This document shows positions 46,361-56,010 of a stretch of 64,000 bases of DNA, in pieces. The DNA is from Opitutia bacterium (GTDB lineage Bacteria > Verrucomicrobiota > Verrucomicrobiia > Opitutales > T3Sed10-336): contig JBJHCF010000018.1 of the NCBI GenBank assembly GCA_050506795.1, forward strand, positions 26,331 to 90,330, written 5' to 3'. A model generated the notes under the pieces. It saw only the letters and a list, made by a program, of their open reading frames with translations. It ran no database searches and had not been told where the DNA came from. Positions within the stretch are counted from its first letter, which is position 1; each line of letters opens with the position of its first letter. The translations under genes and the position numbers were made by a program.

Positions 46361-48563
46361 CAACTTCGCTTTCCTCTTCTTTTTCCCGTGCCAGGTAAAT
46401 GACAAGCCGGTCATGACTCAACATGGCGAGATCCTGGCGACCATCTCCGTTGATATCCAGACCGATCAGGGCCCGGGGTTCTTCGACCGTGTTGTTTAGT
46501 CCTTCGTTCGCCCCATAGGGATAGGAACGATCCTCAAAGACCTGCCAGGAAATCAGTGGGCTCAACCCATTCTCACCAAGCGTCAGCGCGGTAAGGTGGT
46601 GCCGGCGATCGTCCGAAAAAATGACTTCCTGCCGGCCATCACCCGTCAGGTCAGCCGTGAAGACACGGTGAATGGTCGCTTCCCGAACCCCGGTGGGCCG
46701 TCCGACCCTGCTGTCGATGCTTTCGGCGAGAACGAGGTCCCACGGTGCCCCGGCCGCCAGCCTGACAAGCTGGTCGTTGCCGTGAAGGATTAATCCAAGA
46801 TAGGGATCTTCGATCAAACCGGTGCCGCCGGGCAGGGCGTGCCTGTCTTCAGCCCGGGGGATTCCCGCTTCGTCCGGTTCCATGCGGTGCAGGGTGCGTC
46901 CGCCCTGTTCGAGCACCCACGCATTGCCGCCGGCGAGAGGAAGGTATGCGGCCATCTGCAAGCCCTGGGGCAGCATGATTTGGTCAACCGTTTGGAGGTT
47001 CTCGTCCAGCCATTGCCAGACTCCGTCGGTCAGGCGGCCGATCCGGGGTTCTTCGTCGACCATCACCGGAAAGAATTCCTCCAGGCGGCTTCGACGCAGC
47101 CTGGCCGGTTCGGAGACGTTGACCGTTCCGTCTTCCTGCAACACCACCAGCTTCGGGTCGCGGGCGTAGGTTTCCATCAGCAAAAGGGTTCGGTCATTCA
47201 AGCGATTCACTCCCGAATAATCGCCACCGATCCCCTCGAAGCGGGTTCTGACCGGGTGTTCCGCATCGGCACTCCAGTGGTAAACATCGAGATCGCCTTC
47301 GACCTTCTGAGCCCACCAAACGGTGTCTCCGGTCCGCGACAAAGCGACGATTCGGCGATCCTCGCTTTCGGCCGATTGGATCATCGGCATCGGATAGGTG
47401 AGGCGTTCATTCTCCCAATGGCTTCGATAAAGGTCGGGAGCGTCGTCGGCCCAGATCAGGAGCGAACCGGGGTCGGCCATCGGAGCCGCAAGGGCCTTGA
47501 TGCCGCGCACCGCCGGGAAATCACCCCTCGCCGCCCAGCCGTCCCGGGCCAGAGAGAAGATTTCCAGGCGCGGCTGGTCTGGACCGGTGGTCACGAGGAC
47601 CGGCGCGTCGTTCAACAAAAAGCCGGTCCAGGCCGCACGGCCAACCAGGCTCAGCATCTGCTGGTCTCCCACCGGGCTTTTTGCATCGCGCTCGACCCGG
47701 TAACGCCGCAGGATCCCTTCCTGGGAGCCGCCGAGCAAAAGCAGTTCGTCTTTTTCCCCGTCCAGCGCGAGTGTTTCCATGGCCTGAAAATTTCGATCGC
47801 TCAAGCTGCGTGCCGGGAGAAGTTCGTTTTCGTCTGACTTGTACCAACGCAAGGTCGGTCCCTGGCCGCGCACCCACTCAATGATGTCGGGTTCTCCATC
47901 GCCATCCAGGTCGGCGACCCACCAGTTCCGGCGGTTCAGTCGTTCCTTCGGCTGAAACCACCGCACGCGGCTTCCGTTTTCGATCCGAAGCCGCTGGATT
48001 CCTTCCGAGAAGCCGATCAGGACTTCCGCCGGCAATCCATCCCGACCCGCGTGGAGCAAAAGGGGGTTGGGGCCTGAAGGAGTTCCGGGCAGCAGGTCCC
48101 AGGAAGCGACTTCCCTCCAGCCGCCGGTTTCCTCGTCGGAGGCCCGGTAGCGGAGCAGGCGGTTTGGGGGACCGACCAGAACAAAAAGGTCGTGCGCTCC
48201 GGTTCCGTCCTCGGAATAGAGAACCACGTCTCGCGGCAGTTCCTCCAGCGGCAATTCAAGCACTTCAAGCTCCGGCGCCATCGGCAATTCATTCGGGCGG
48301 TTCGGGTCCGGCGCCACCGGGCCTTCCTCAGGTTCATCCCGCCAACGGTAAATATCCAGGCGGGATTGACGGGTGTTAACAGCGATCAATTCGTCGCGCC
48401 CGTCACCGAAAAGATCGCCCGCACGGAGTATCTGGGGGCGGCTTTGTTGATGAATCACCCGCATGCCTTCCCATCCTTGAAACGATTCTTCGGGCGCGGA
48501 CCCGGCAGGATTGCCAAACGCCAGCACAATGCCGGCAATGAGGAATGGGAGTCTGGGATTCAT
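46341..48563 (-). CDS. Exported FG-GAP/VCBS repeat protein
   Basis: Signal peptide; repeats GDLFGDGRDEL, ADLDGDGEPDI, ADLTGDGRQEV, DINGDGRQDL. Confidence 0.85.
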   Translation of the reverse strand: MNPRLPFLIAGIVLAFGNPAGSAPEESFQGWEGMRVIHQQSRPQILRAGDLFGDGRDELIAVNTRQSRLDIYRWRDEPEEGPVAPDPNRPNELPMAPELEVLELPLEELPRDVVLYSEDGTGAHDLFVLVGPPNRLLRYRASDEETGGWREVASWDLLPGTPSGPNPLLLHAGRDGLPAEVLIGFSEGIQRLRIENGSRVRWFQPKERLNRRNWWVADLDGDGEPDIIEWVRGQGPTLRWYKSDENELLPARSLSDRNFQAMETLALDGEKDELLLLGGSQEGILRRYRVERDAKSPVGDQQMLSLVGRAAWTGFLLNDAPVLVTTGPDQPRLEIFSLARDGWAARGDFPAVRGIKALAAPMADPGSLLIWADDAPDLYRSHWENERLTYPMPMIQSAESEDRRIVALSRTGDTVWWAQKVEGDLDVYHWSADAEHPVRTRFEGIGGDYSGVNRLNDRTLLLMETYARDPKLVVLQEDGTVNVSEPARLRRSRLEEFFPVMVDEEPRIGRLTDGVWQWLDENLQTVDQIMLPQGLQMAAYLPLAGGNAWVLEQGGRTLHRMEPDEAGIPRAEDRHALPGGTGLIEDPYLGLILHGNDQLVRLAAGAPWDLVLAESIDSRVGRPTGVREATIHRVFTADLTGDGRQEVIFSDDRRHHLTALTLGENGLSPLISWQVFEDRSYPYGANEGLNNTVEEPRALIGLDINGDGRQDLAMLSHDRLVIYLAREKEEESEVDAYTKR

Positions 48564-48714
48564 GGGACGATTAAAATCGGAACAGAAACTGTATTAACTC
48601 CCTGATAGCCCCGGTTGTCGATGCTGAAGTTTGATCAGGATGAGCTCGGGGGCGCGTCGGTGGTGAGGCATGGCTGCTTGGGCGTTCGCGCGGGTGCGAC
48701 GACGCCCTTCAGAG

Positions 48715-50130
48715 TCAGGATTCCTTAAACCGGTTCACCAACGCGGTAATTGAGTCCTTGGCATCTCCGTAGAGCATACGCGAGTTCGGCAATGTGAAGA
48801 GGCGATTCACGATTCCCGAAAACCCGGCACCCTGTCCCCGCTTCAAGACCAACACCACGTTTGCCCGGTGTGCCTCGATGATGGGCATTCCAAAAATGGG
48901 TGAGCTCGGATCGTCCATTGCGGCCGGATTGACGACGTCGTTGGCGCCTATCACAATCGCGACGGCAACCTGATCCATCACCGGATTCACATGTTCCATC
49001 TCGAAAAGTTTTTCATAGGGAACATCCGCCTCGGCCAAGAGAACGTTCATATGCCCGGGCATTCGCCCTGCGACCGGATGAATCGCAAATTGAACCTCGC
49101 ATCCGTTCTCCTCCAAAAGGGAACTCAGCTCCTTTACCGAGTGCTGGGCCTGAGCGACCGCCATTCCGTAACCCGGAACGAACACCACCCGGTTCGCCGC
49201 CTCCAACAGATACCATGCGTTCTCCGCCGTAATCGGCTTCAGTTCTCCGGTTTCCCCCACACCCGCTCCCGATTTGACGTCCTTGCCAAAACCGTCGAAA
49301 ACAACGTTAAACAGGTTTCGATTCATCGCCTTGCACATGATGACGGTTAGGATGAACCCGCTGGCGCCGACCAGGCACCCCGCGACGATCAGTACGTTGT
49401 TCAGGATCACAAAACCGGTAGCGGCCGCGGCGAGTCCCGACAGGCTGTTCAACAGAGCGATCACCACCGGCATATCTCCTCCGCCGATCGGAATCACGGC
49501 CAGCACTCCGAAAACCAACGTCAACCCGATCGCCGCAAGCAACCAGCCGTAACCAGATCCGATCGAATCGCCCCACGCGAAGGCGATCAACGACGCGGCC
49601 ACCACCACCACCAGCATGCCGTTCAGCGTGTTCTGCCCCCGGAAAAGCAGCGGTCGGCCGGACAGCTTGCCCGCCAGTTTTCCAAAGGCCACCAGACTCC
49701 CGGTAAACGTCGTTCCACCTATCAAAACCGCAAAGGCCGCCGCAGCGGCAACAAAGCCCGGAAGCCCAACCCCGGCGAGCGGCTCCGAGGTCGCCGCGAA
49801 GCGATACTTCTCCACCTCGGCAACCGCGACCAAAAGGCTGGCCAAACCGCCGAATCCATTAAACAGCGCAACCATTTCCGGGATAGCGGTCATCCGCACG
49901 TTTCGGGCGATCACGGCGCCAATCAGACCTCCCACCGCCAATCCCCCGAGAATGACGGGGAAGGAAACGATCTGCCGGTCGAAGAGGGTGATTGTCACCG
50001 CCAACAACATCCCCACCGCCGATAAACGGTTCCCGCGGCGAGCTGTGTTGACGTTTCCAAGACGCTTGATCCCCAGGATGAAAAGTATCGCAGCTGCAAT
50101 GTAGCCCAGGTTTATAGCGTAATCGCTCAC
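48715..50130 (-). CDS. pntB: NAD(P) transhydrogenase beta subunit
   Basis: IGGGDMPVVIALLNS, MCKAMNR, VPGYGMAVAQAQH, HPVAGRMPGHMNVLLAEA, GANDVVNPAA. Confidence 0.97.
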   Translation of the reverse strand: MSDYAINLGYIAAAILFILGIKRLGNVNTARRGNRLSAVGMLLAVTITLFDRQIVSFPVILGGLAVGGLIGAVIARNVRMTAIPEMVALFNGFGGLASLLVAVAEVEKYRFAATSEPLAGVGLPGFVAAAAAFAVLIGGTTFTGSLVAFGKLAGKLSGRPLLFRGQNTLNGMLVVVVAASLIAFAWGDSIGSGYGWLLAAIGLTLVFGVLAVIPIGGGDMPVVIALLNSLSGLAAAATGFVILNNVLIVAGCLVGASGFILTVIMCKAMNRNLFNVVFDGFGKDVKSGAGVGETGELKPITAENAWYLLEAANRVVFVPGYGMAVAQAQHSVKELSSLLEENGCEVQFAIHPVAGRMPGHMNVLLAEADVPYEKLFEMEHVNPVMDQVAVAIVIGANDVVNPAAMDDPSSPIFGMPIIEAHRANVVLVLKRGQGAGFSGIVNRLFTLPNSRMLYGDAKDSITALVNRFKES

Positions 50131-50432
50131 TGTTTGCCTCCTCTTCTGTTCTTGCCGAACATGCCCAACATGCGATCCGTCACCATGTATCCGCCGACCA
50201 CATTGATTGCGGCCAGAACCAGGGCGAGAAAACCCAGCGCCGGAACCAGGATGCCGGCAGACTCCAAAGAAGATCCGGCCGCCAGTAAAGCGCCGACGAT
50301 CGTTATTCCGGAAATCGCATTGGCTCCCGACATCAGCGGTGTGTGCAACTGCGATGGTACCTTCGAAATCAACTCGAAGCCAAGCAGGGTCGCGAGCGCG
50401 AAAACAAAGAGAAGCAGGATCAGGGTTTCCAT
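50127..50432 (-). CDS. pntA: NAD(P) transhydrogenase alpha subunit, part 2
   Basis: LHTPLMSGANAISGI, INVVGGYMVTDRML.MF. Start METLIL at 50432 with GGAGG SD. Confidence 0.95.
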   Translation of the reverse strand: METLILLLFVFALATLLGFELISKVPSQLHTPLMSGANAISGITIVGALLAAGSSLESAGILVPALGFLALVLAAINVVGGYMVTDRMLGMFGKNRRGGKQ

Positions 50433-50461
50433 AGGTGCCTCCGGTTGAGTCGATGGAATTC

Positions 50462-51595
50462 TTATTTGCCGTTTAGACGCGCGTTCACCACTTTCCCGTC
50501 GCGGGTCAGCAGACAATCCCGCAGAATCGGGTCATCCCAGTTCCAGGAACGTTGCGTTCCCTCACCCGATCGGATGTGACGCAAAAAATTACCGAGGTTT
50601 GAGCTGAAGAGGATCGAAGCGCCACGAGCGACCTCACATTCCATCGGATCGTTCCCAATCAGCATCACCCCATTGGCTGTCACGGTCGTCTTGCCCGGCT
50701 CGCTGCCCTCGACGTTTCCACCCGAACCCACCGCAAGGTCCACCACCACCGTCCCCGGCCTTAACTGCTCCAGCATTGCCGCCGTAATCAGGCACGGGGA
50801 CGGCCTTCCGAAGACCCGGGCCGTGGTGATGATCAAATCGCTTTCGCGCAACGCTTTGAGCAAACCTTCCCGTTGTTCCATTAACTGCTCCCCGGTCAGT
50901 TCGCCGACATAACCGCCGGCCTCCCGCACCTCACCGAGGTCGAGGTGAAAAAACTGCGCTCCAAGCGAACGCACCTGCTCCTCCACTCCCGGGCGAGGAT
51001 CAAATGCCTCCACACGTGCCCCCAAACGTTTCGCGGTGGCAATCGCCTGCAATCCGGCGACTCCTGCTCCCAAAACAAACACGCGCGCGGGCCGTAGCGT
51101 CCCGGCCGGGGTCATCATCATCGGCAGCACGCATCCCAGATTACGGGCTCCCAACAGAACCCCCGCATAGCCGGCCAAACTGGCCTGGGAACTCATTACG
51201 TCCATCGTCTGGGCGATCGAGGTGCGAGGAACCAACTCCAAAGAAACCGCGGCCACTTTCGACTCAGCCAACCGATCGCCCCAGTCGCCGCCCCGGAACG
51301 GGTTCATCAACCCCACCTGAAGCGACCCCGGCTTTGATCGACCCAAATCCTCCGGCTGAGGCGCCCGCACCCGAAGGACCACTTCGGCACGCGGAAGGGC
51401 TTCCTCAGCCGACTCCACGATTACCGCCCCCTCCCGTGCGTAGGCCTCGGTTGCAAATCCCGCCGCAGCGCCGCATCCTTTCTCAACCCACACTTCGAAC
51501 GAAAGCTCCGCCAATGTTCCGACGCCGGCCGGAACCACGGCGACACGCTTCTCTCGATCGTGCACCTCTTTAGCTACAAAGAGGATCGGGCTCAT
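50462..51595 (-). CDS. pntA: NAD(P) transhydrogenase alpha subunit, part 1
   Basis: EKRVA, SQASLAGY, PMMMTPAGT, GAGVAGLQAIATAKRLGA, VDLA...GGNVEGS. Confidence 0.95.
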   Translation of the reverse strand: MSPILFVAKEVHDREKRVAVVPAGVGTLAELSFEVWVEKGCGAAAGFATEAYAREGAVIVESAEEALPRAEVVLRVRAPQPEDLGRSKPGSLQVGLMNPFRGGDWGDRLAESKVAAVSLELVPRTSIAQTMDVMSSQASLAGYAGVLLGARNLGCVLPMMMTPAGTLRPARVFVLGAGVAGLQAIATAKRLGARVEAFDPRPGVEEQVRSLGAQFFHLDLGEVREAGGYVGELTGEQLMEQREGLLKALRESDLIITTARVFGRPSPCLITAAMLEQLRPGTVVVDLAVGSGGNVEGSEPGKTTVTANGVMLIGNDPMECEVARGASILFSSNLGNFLRHIRSGEGTQRSWNWDDPILRDCLLTRDGKVVNARLNGK

Positions 51596-51657
51596 ATCGT
51601 GTCAGCAGATTCTAGATTAGCAGATCAACAAGTCAAGCCCATGTTATATTAATTTTT

Positions 51658-51996
51658 CTAATGGCAATTCGGGTCTGTGTCCTCACAGTCGGCTTTGATT
51701 CCCTCGGCTTTCCGCTTCTTCCTTTCCTCTCGCTTCTGCTTTTGTTTCTTCACCAATTCCTCAATGGAAAACACCTCGTCCGGCTTTTCCTTGCCAAAAC
51801 GCTTGAAGTACAGGGACTCGATGAAATCGGGCAAGGGCGCTTTCCACGGTTCCTGTTTGTGGTTGGCGAGTTTGCCGAACTTTTTTGGATTCAACCCGAT
51901 CTCCCTAGCCATCTGCACGTGGGCGTGCGACAGGCGGAAGCGCTTCCGAGCGTCCACCCAAACTTGAAACTTTGGCGACAATTTCTTTTCCTTCAT
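51658..51996 (-). CDS. Small basic conserved hypothetical protein
   Basis: W.DARKRFRLSHAHVQMAREIGLNPKKFGKLANHKQEPWKAPLP resembles a widespread accessory hypothetical family (recognition from memory). Confidence 0.75.
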   Translation of the reverse strand: MKEKKLSPKFQVWVDARKRFRLSHAHVQMAREIGLNPKKFGKLANHKQEPWKAPLPDFIESLYFKRFGKEKPDEVFSIEELVKKQKQKREERKKRKAEGIKADCEDTDPNCH

Positions 51997-52023
51997 TTTC
52001 CACAACTCTTCCTAACGAGGCAT

Positions 52024-52149
52024 AGCCTCAGACCAGCAGTAGTGCACGCATCTTGCGTGCGAAACTCACGCTAGAAGCGTGATCTACTTCTTTCAACCTG
52101 ATTTGAAAAACTTGACTCAACTACAACAGGTTTCCGCTTTTCAGGACTC
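52024..52149. repeat. Left copy of 126-bp perfect inverted repeat
   Basis: Exact reverse complement of 55302-55427. Confidence 0.95.
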
Positions 52150-52155
52150 CAGTCC

Positions 52156-52352
52156 GAATGGCACTCGGTTAAGGCGGTGGATCGAAGGAGCTTAGCTTAA
52201 TCGCATCGGCCGTTCCCCACGAGGGCCATGCTCCCGCATGGCCGCCGGCCCGGGAGCGCAGGCATCCTTCCCGCACCGGCGGCGCGGGAGCGCCGCCCTC
52301 CAGGAAGCAGAGGCGCGATTCCGATTTCAATTCGGTTTCTCAAACGCTGAAC
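52156..52352. mobile_element. IS4-like MITE (type A, second TIR lost)
   Basis: GAATGGCACTCGGTTAAG end plus type A hairpins; fused to a truncated peptidase gene. Confidence 0.8.
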
Positions 52353-52397
52353 CGCCGCCACACGATCCCCGGCCTTCAGTTTAATCGGTTTCAGCAT
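52353..52397 (-). pseudogene. N-terminal stub of an S66/LD-carboxypeptidase (MccF-like) gene
   Basis: MLKPIKLKAGDRVAAV matches the typical S66 N-terminus, then runs into MITE sequence. Confidence 0.55.
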
Positions 52398-52912
52398 GAT
52401 TCTTTTGTATCGAATCGCAGGATATTTTCCATACGAAATCGCTCAAACTCAACTCCGCACCTGGTGGCCGTTTCCACTTCAACTATTCGAAAACCCTTCT
52501 TTTCAAAAAAGGGCCGGCTGATCCGGCTCGCCTCGGTAAAGAGCCGCTGCACTCCCGTCCGGGACGCGTGGGCTTCCAGGTCGTCGTAAATATCAGAGCC
52601 GATCCCCTTTCGGCTGAATTCGCCTTTGCAATACAGGAACGCCAGGTGATCGTCCGGATCGAGTTGCCCAAACGCCAGGATATTCCCTCCGCGTTCGGCG
52701 ACGACCGTTCGGCCACGCGAGAGGCGGTCTCGAAACTCCTCGATATCCTCCGGGTAACGCGCCCATACCGCCACCTGCCGGTACGAATACGCCTGCGGCC
52801 CGAGAGTCCGGACCGCGTCCCGGTACACCGAGACCAACGCTTCGGCATCGGTCGATACAAACGTACGCAGTTTCACGTTTTCCAGAACGCACTTCTGACG
52901 TTCGTCACCCAT
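52391..52912 (-). CDS. GNAT family N-acetyltransferase (YafP-like)
   Basis: Y...QVAVWA, LYC.....RKGIG, EASRISRPFFEKKGF. Confidence 0.88.
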   Translation of the reverse strand: MGDERQKCVLENVKLRTFVSTDAEALVSVYRDAVRTLGPQAYSYRQVAVWARYPEDIEEFRDRLSRGRTVVAERGGNILAFGQLDPDDHLAFLYCKGEFSRKGIGSDIYDDLEAHASRTGVQRLFTEASRISRPFFEKKGFRIVEVETATRCGVEFERFRMENILRFDTKESC

Positions 52913-53228
52913 ACATCTCGCGGATCTTCCCGCACAACTCCTCGCTCTTTTCCGGGGAAAGCTGGTCGATGCAGGACAAAATCCAGCGTTTGCTGAGCGT
53001 GCGTATCTGATCCACCGCGATTTCGGCTGGACGGCCGTCGCATTTGATCCGCACTCGACTGCGCCACTTGGGATGGAGCCGGGAAGTGAGCGGACAACCG
53101 ACCACCGTTTCCAGGTGCCGGTTCATAAGATTATCGCTCACAATTACGACCGGACGCGTTTTATTGATTTCGGAACCGATAACGAGATCGAGATTGACCC
53201 AGTATATCCCAAACCGCTCAATCTTCAT
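52905..53228 (-). CDS. mazF: PemK/MazF family toxin
   Basis: IYWVNLD..IGSEINKTRPVVIVS, CPLTS, DQIRTLSK. Confidence 0.92.
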   Translation of the reverse strand: MKIERFGIYWVNLDLVIGSEINKTRPVVIVSDNLMNRHLETVVGCPLTSRLHPKWRSRVRIKCDGRPAEIAVDQIRTLSKRWILSCIDQLSPEKSEELCGKIREMYG

Positions 53229-53466
53229 CGGCGACTCCCTCATCGGCCAAAGCTTCCCAGTCGCTCCAATCCTCCGCCTCCTCCGCCATGGCCTTGTAGG
53301 TCTCCTCCCACGTATATTGTTTGCCGCGCGAAGGCTTAAGAACGATTGCATCCGTTGTCTCCTCCAAAATCAAGCTGTCTTCAATGCCATAGCGTTGCAA
53401 AAGTCTCTTGCTCAGACGAATACCGCGCGAGTTTCCGATCCGTGTCACCTTGATCGTCGTTTTCAT
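53218..53466 (-). CDS. mazE: AbrB/MazE family antitoxin
   Basis: IGNSRGIRLSK.LL; acidic C-terminus; overlaps the toxin. Confidence 0.9.
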   Translation of the reverse strand: MKTTIKVTRIGNSRGIRLSKRLLQRYGIEDSLILEETTDAIVLKPSRGKQYTWEETYKAMAEEAEDWSDWEALADEGVADED

Positions 53467-53770
53467 TAGTTATTACTGTTATTACATCATCGCCGGACGT
53501 CAAGAGCCATCATTTCAGGCGGCGCTTTATTGACTCGGATTTTTCTTGAACGTCATCCTGCCTGGTGTTTCAAGAGGAATGAGGGCGGGTCCGACCCCCT
53601 GCTTTCGCTCCGAAACTCGAACAGTCATGATCGACCATCTGAGAATCTGGTAAGACACCCATCGTCCTGGCGGCCGGCTGCAAGCGCCGTGCCGCGGGAA
53701 TCGTATTTGTGTGTCCCATCCGGGACACGGTATTTACCTGCGGCCCGTCCGCACATTCTCCAGATTTGTC

Positions 53771-55285
53771 ATGACTATCAAGACCCTTTTCGTGAAGGGA
53801 TTGGACTTCGAGTTCGAGTCCCTTCCCCATCCCCTGTTCACCAACTTGAATCTAACCTGCACTCCCGGATGGACAGGAATCTGCGGGGCCAACGGCTCCG
53901 GGAAAACGACGCTTCTGCGCCTGATCATCGGTGAATTGACACCGGATCGCGGAACGATTAACCGACCCGACTCCTGGCTCTACTGTCCGCAGCGAACCGA
54001 CGATCCTTCGGCGGGGATGCCGGAATTCGTGGACGATAGCGACCCGGATGCGTGCATTCTTCGAGGCAAGCTCGGCATCGGCGAGGATTGGTTGTCCCGC
54101 TGGCAGTCCCTGAGTCACGGGGAGCGCAAACGGCTTCAGACCGGCACTGCGCTTTGGCAGGCGCCCGATCTCCTGGTTGTGGACGAACCGACCAATCACA
54201 TCGATGGCGAAACGCGCGGCCTTCTCGTCGATGCGCTTGAGTCCTTCGCCGGAATCGGACTGATTGTCACCCACGACCGCGATCTGCTCGACCAGCTGTG
54301 CCATCAGTGTTTGTGGCTTGATGGCGGTCAATCCACGATCCGATCGGGCGGCTTTTCCGCTGGCAGGGAAGCAATTCGGCTGGAACGGCAGCACACACTC
54401 GACAAACTCAAGCAGTTACGAGCGGAACAGGAGAGCCTCGAAGCTACCGCCCGGCATTACCGAAAGGAGGCTTCCCGTTCGCACAAAAAACGATCGAAAC
54501 GGGGCCTGCCGATCAAGGACCATGACGCCCGTTTCAAAAAGAACCGGGCACGGGTCTCGGGCGCCGACGGACAAGATGGGAGGCGGTTGCGTCAGTTGGA
54601 CGGACGCCTGGGCCAGTTACGGGAAAAACTGGATGAGCTCTCTGTACAAAAGGATTATGGAACCGGCATCTGGATGGGAGGCCCGCCTTCAAGGCGAACC
54701 CATGTCGCTGCACTCAACGAAACCGTTATTCCGCTCGGTCCGGCACGCTCCCTGACGATTCCCAGAGTGGAAATCAATCCGAAAGCCCGCATCGCGCTAA
54801 CCGGTCCCAACGGCTGCGGAAAGTCCACACTTGTCGGTCATATCCTCGATCACTTGTTGATTCCGGCCAAAGATGTACTGTATCTGCCGCAAGAGGTTTC
54901 GATCGCCGCGTCGCGGACTCTCCTGAAATCCTTGCGATCTATTCCCAATGAGCGCCTGGGTATGCTCATGCGAATTGTCCGTCGGCTCGGCTCCGACCCG
55001 AAGAACCTGTTGCGGACGGCAACCCCGAGTCCGGGAGAACTGCGTAAACTCCTGCTGGCCGAAGGCATCATGAGAAAACCCGCCTTCCTAATACTCGATG
55101 AACCGACCAATCACCTCGATCTGCCCTCCATTGAATGCCTGGAAGCGGCGTTGCGCGAATGTCCATCCGGATTTCTCATTGTGAGTCACGATAACAGGCT
55201 CGTGAATGCATTGTGTTCTGATGAATGGAGGCTGGTACGCAATCGGCACGAGGTGGGTGTCGTGTTGAAAACGCTTGAGATTTAG
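53771..55285 (+). CDS. ABC-F family ATPase (two nucleotide-binding domains, no TM)
   Basis: GANGSGKTT / LSHGE / VDEPTNH and GPNGCGKST / PSPGE / LDEPTNHLD joined by a long charged linker. Start MTIKT at 53771. Confidence 0.9.
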   Translation: MTIKTLFVKGLDFEFESLPHPLFTNLNLTCTPGWTGICGANGSGKTTLLRLIIGELTPDRGTINRPDSWLYCPQRTDDPSAGMPEFVDDSDPDACILRGKLGIGEDWLSRWQSLSHGERKRLQTGTALWQAPDLLVVDEPTNHIDGETRGLLVDALESFAGIGLIVTHDRDLLDQLCHQCLWLDGGQSTIRSGGFSAGREAIRLERQHTLDKLKQLRAEQESLEATARHYRKEASRSHKKRSKRGLPIKDHDARFKKNRARVSGADGQDGRRLRQLDGRLGQLREKLDELSVQKDYGTGIWMGGPPSRRTHVAALNETVIPLGPARSLTIPRVEINPKARIALTGPNGCGKSTLVGHILDHLLIPAKDVLYLPQEVSIAASRTLLKSLRSIPNERLGMLMRIVRRLGSDPKNLLRTATPSPGELRKLLLAEGIMRKPAFLILDEPTNHLDLPSIECLEAALRECPSGFLIVSHDNRLVNALCSDEWRLVRNRHEVGVVLKTLEI

Positions 55286-55301
55286 ACCAATGGGACGGTT
55301 A

Positions 55302-55427
55302 GAGTCCTGAAAAGCGGAAACCTGTTGTAGTTGAGTCAAGTTTTTCAAATCAGGTTGAAAGAAGTAGATCACGCTTCTAGCGTGAGTTTCGCACGCAAGA
55401 TGCGTGCACTACTGCTGGTCTGAGGCT
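55302..55427. repeat. Right copy of 126-bp perfect inverted repeat
   Basis: Exact reverse complement of 52024-52149. Confidence 0.95.
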
Positions 55428-55483
55428 TTACCTCGCTGGGTTTCAAAGCAGCTCCCGTTAGATAAAACATGAGCAATGTGGAC

Positions 55484-55969
55484 TCACGCCTGGAGGTCCC
55501 GTTCCCGTTGGTGCTCTGTGATATGTTCCCGCGGCGGCGGGAGTGTGCCGGTCACTCCGGTGGCAGTGAACCCATTCCTTTCGTAAAATGCCGTGGCGGG
55601 CAAATTGTGGTCTCCCACGTCGAGGCGAACCTTTGAATAACCCATCTCAATTGCCCATTCAATCACCGCTTTGACCAGGATCGTTCCGACGCCCCGCCCT
55701 CTCGCTGCGGGATCCACCCACATGGAGAAAAGACCGGCGTCGGCGCCATAGGGCGCCCCGCCTACAAGTCCCAGGTCTTTTCCCTCATCAGAGGCCGCGA
55801 CAAAAGTGACCGCATCTTTCCGATCCAAGCGCGAAATCCAGTCGGACTCGGAAAACAAAACCTCTCTCTCAAGAGTGGAACCAAACGCATCGGGTGAATC
55901 CCGAAGCGCTCGCAGGCGAATATCCCTTCCCCTTTTCCAATCTCTCCCGGTGAGCCTATGTATCTTCAT
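55484..55969 (-). CDS. GNAT family N-acetyltransferase
   Basis: RLRALRDSPDAFGST, SMWVDPAARGRGVG, N..A..FYERNGF. Confidence 0.9.
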   Translation of the reverse strand: MKIHRLTGRDWKRGRDIRLRALRDSPDAFGSTLEREVLFSESDWISRLDRKDAVTFVAASDEGKDLGLVGGAPYGADAGLFSMWVDPAARGRGVGTILVKAVIEWAIEMGYSKVRLDVGDHNLPATAFYERNGFTATGVTGTLPPPREHITEHQRERDLQA

Positions 55970-56010
55970 GATATCAGCATCGTTGCTCGTTGAATTCAGA
56001 ATTCGCCTTC

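Noticed and set aside
48715..51595. Split pntA as unusual
   Set aside because: The three-gene pntA1-pntA2-pntB arrangement is common.
52006..52016. attC core sites (GTTAGGA here on the minus strand; GTTAGAT near 55458)
   Set aside because: Isolated 7-mers without a matching inverse core or L boxes, and no integrase; insufficient to call an integron.
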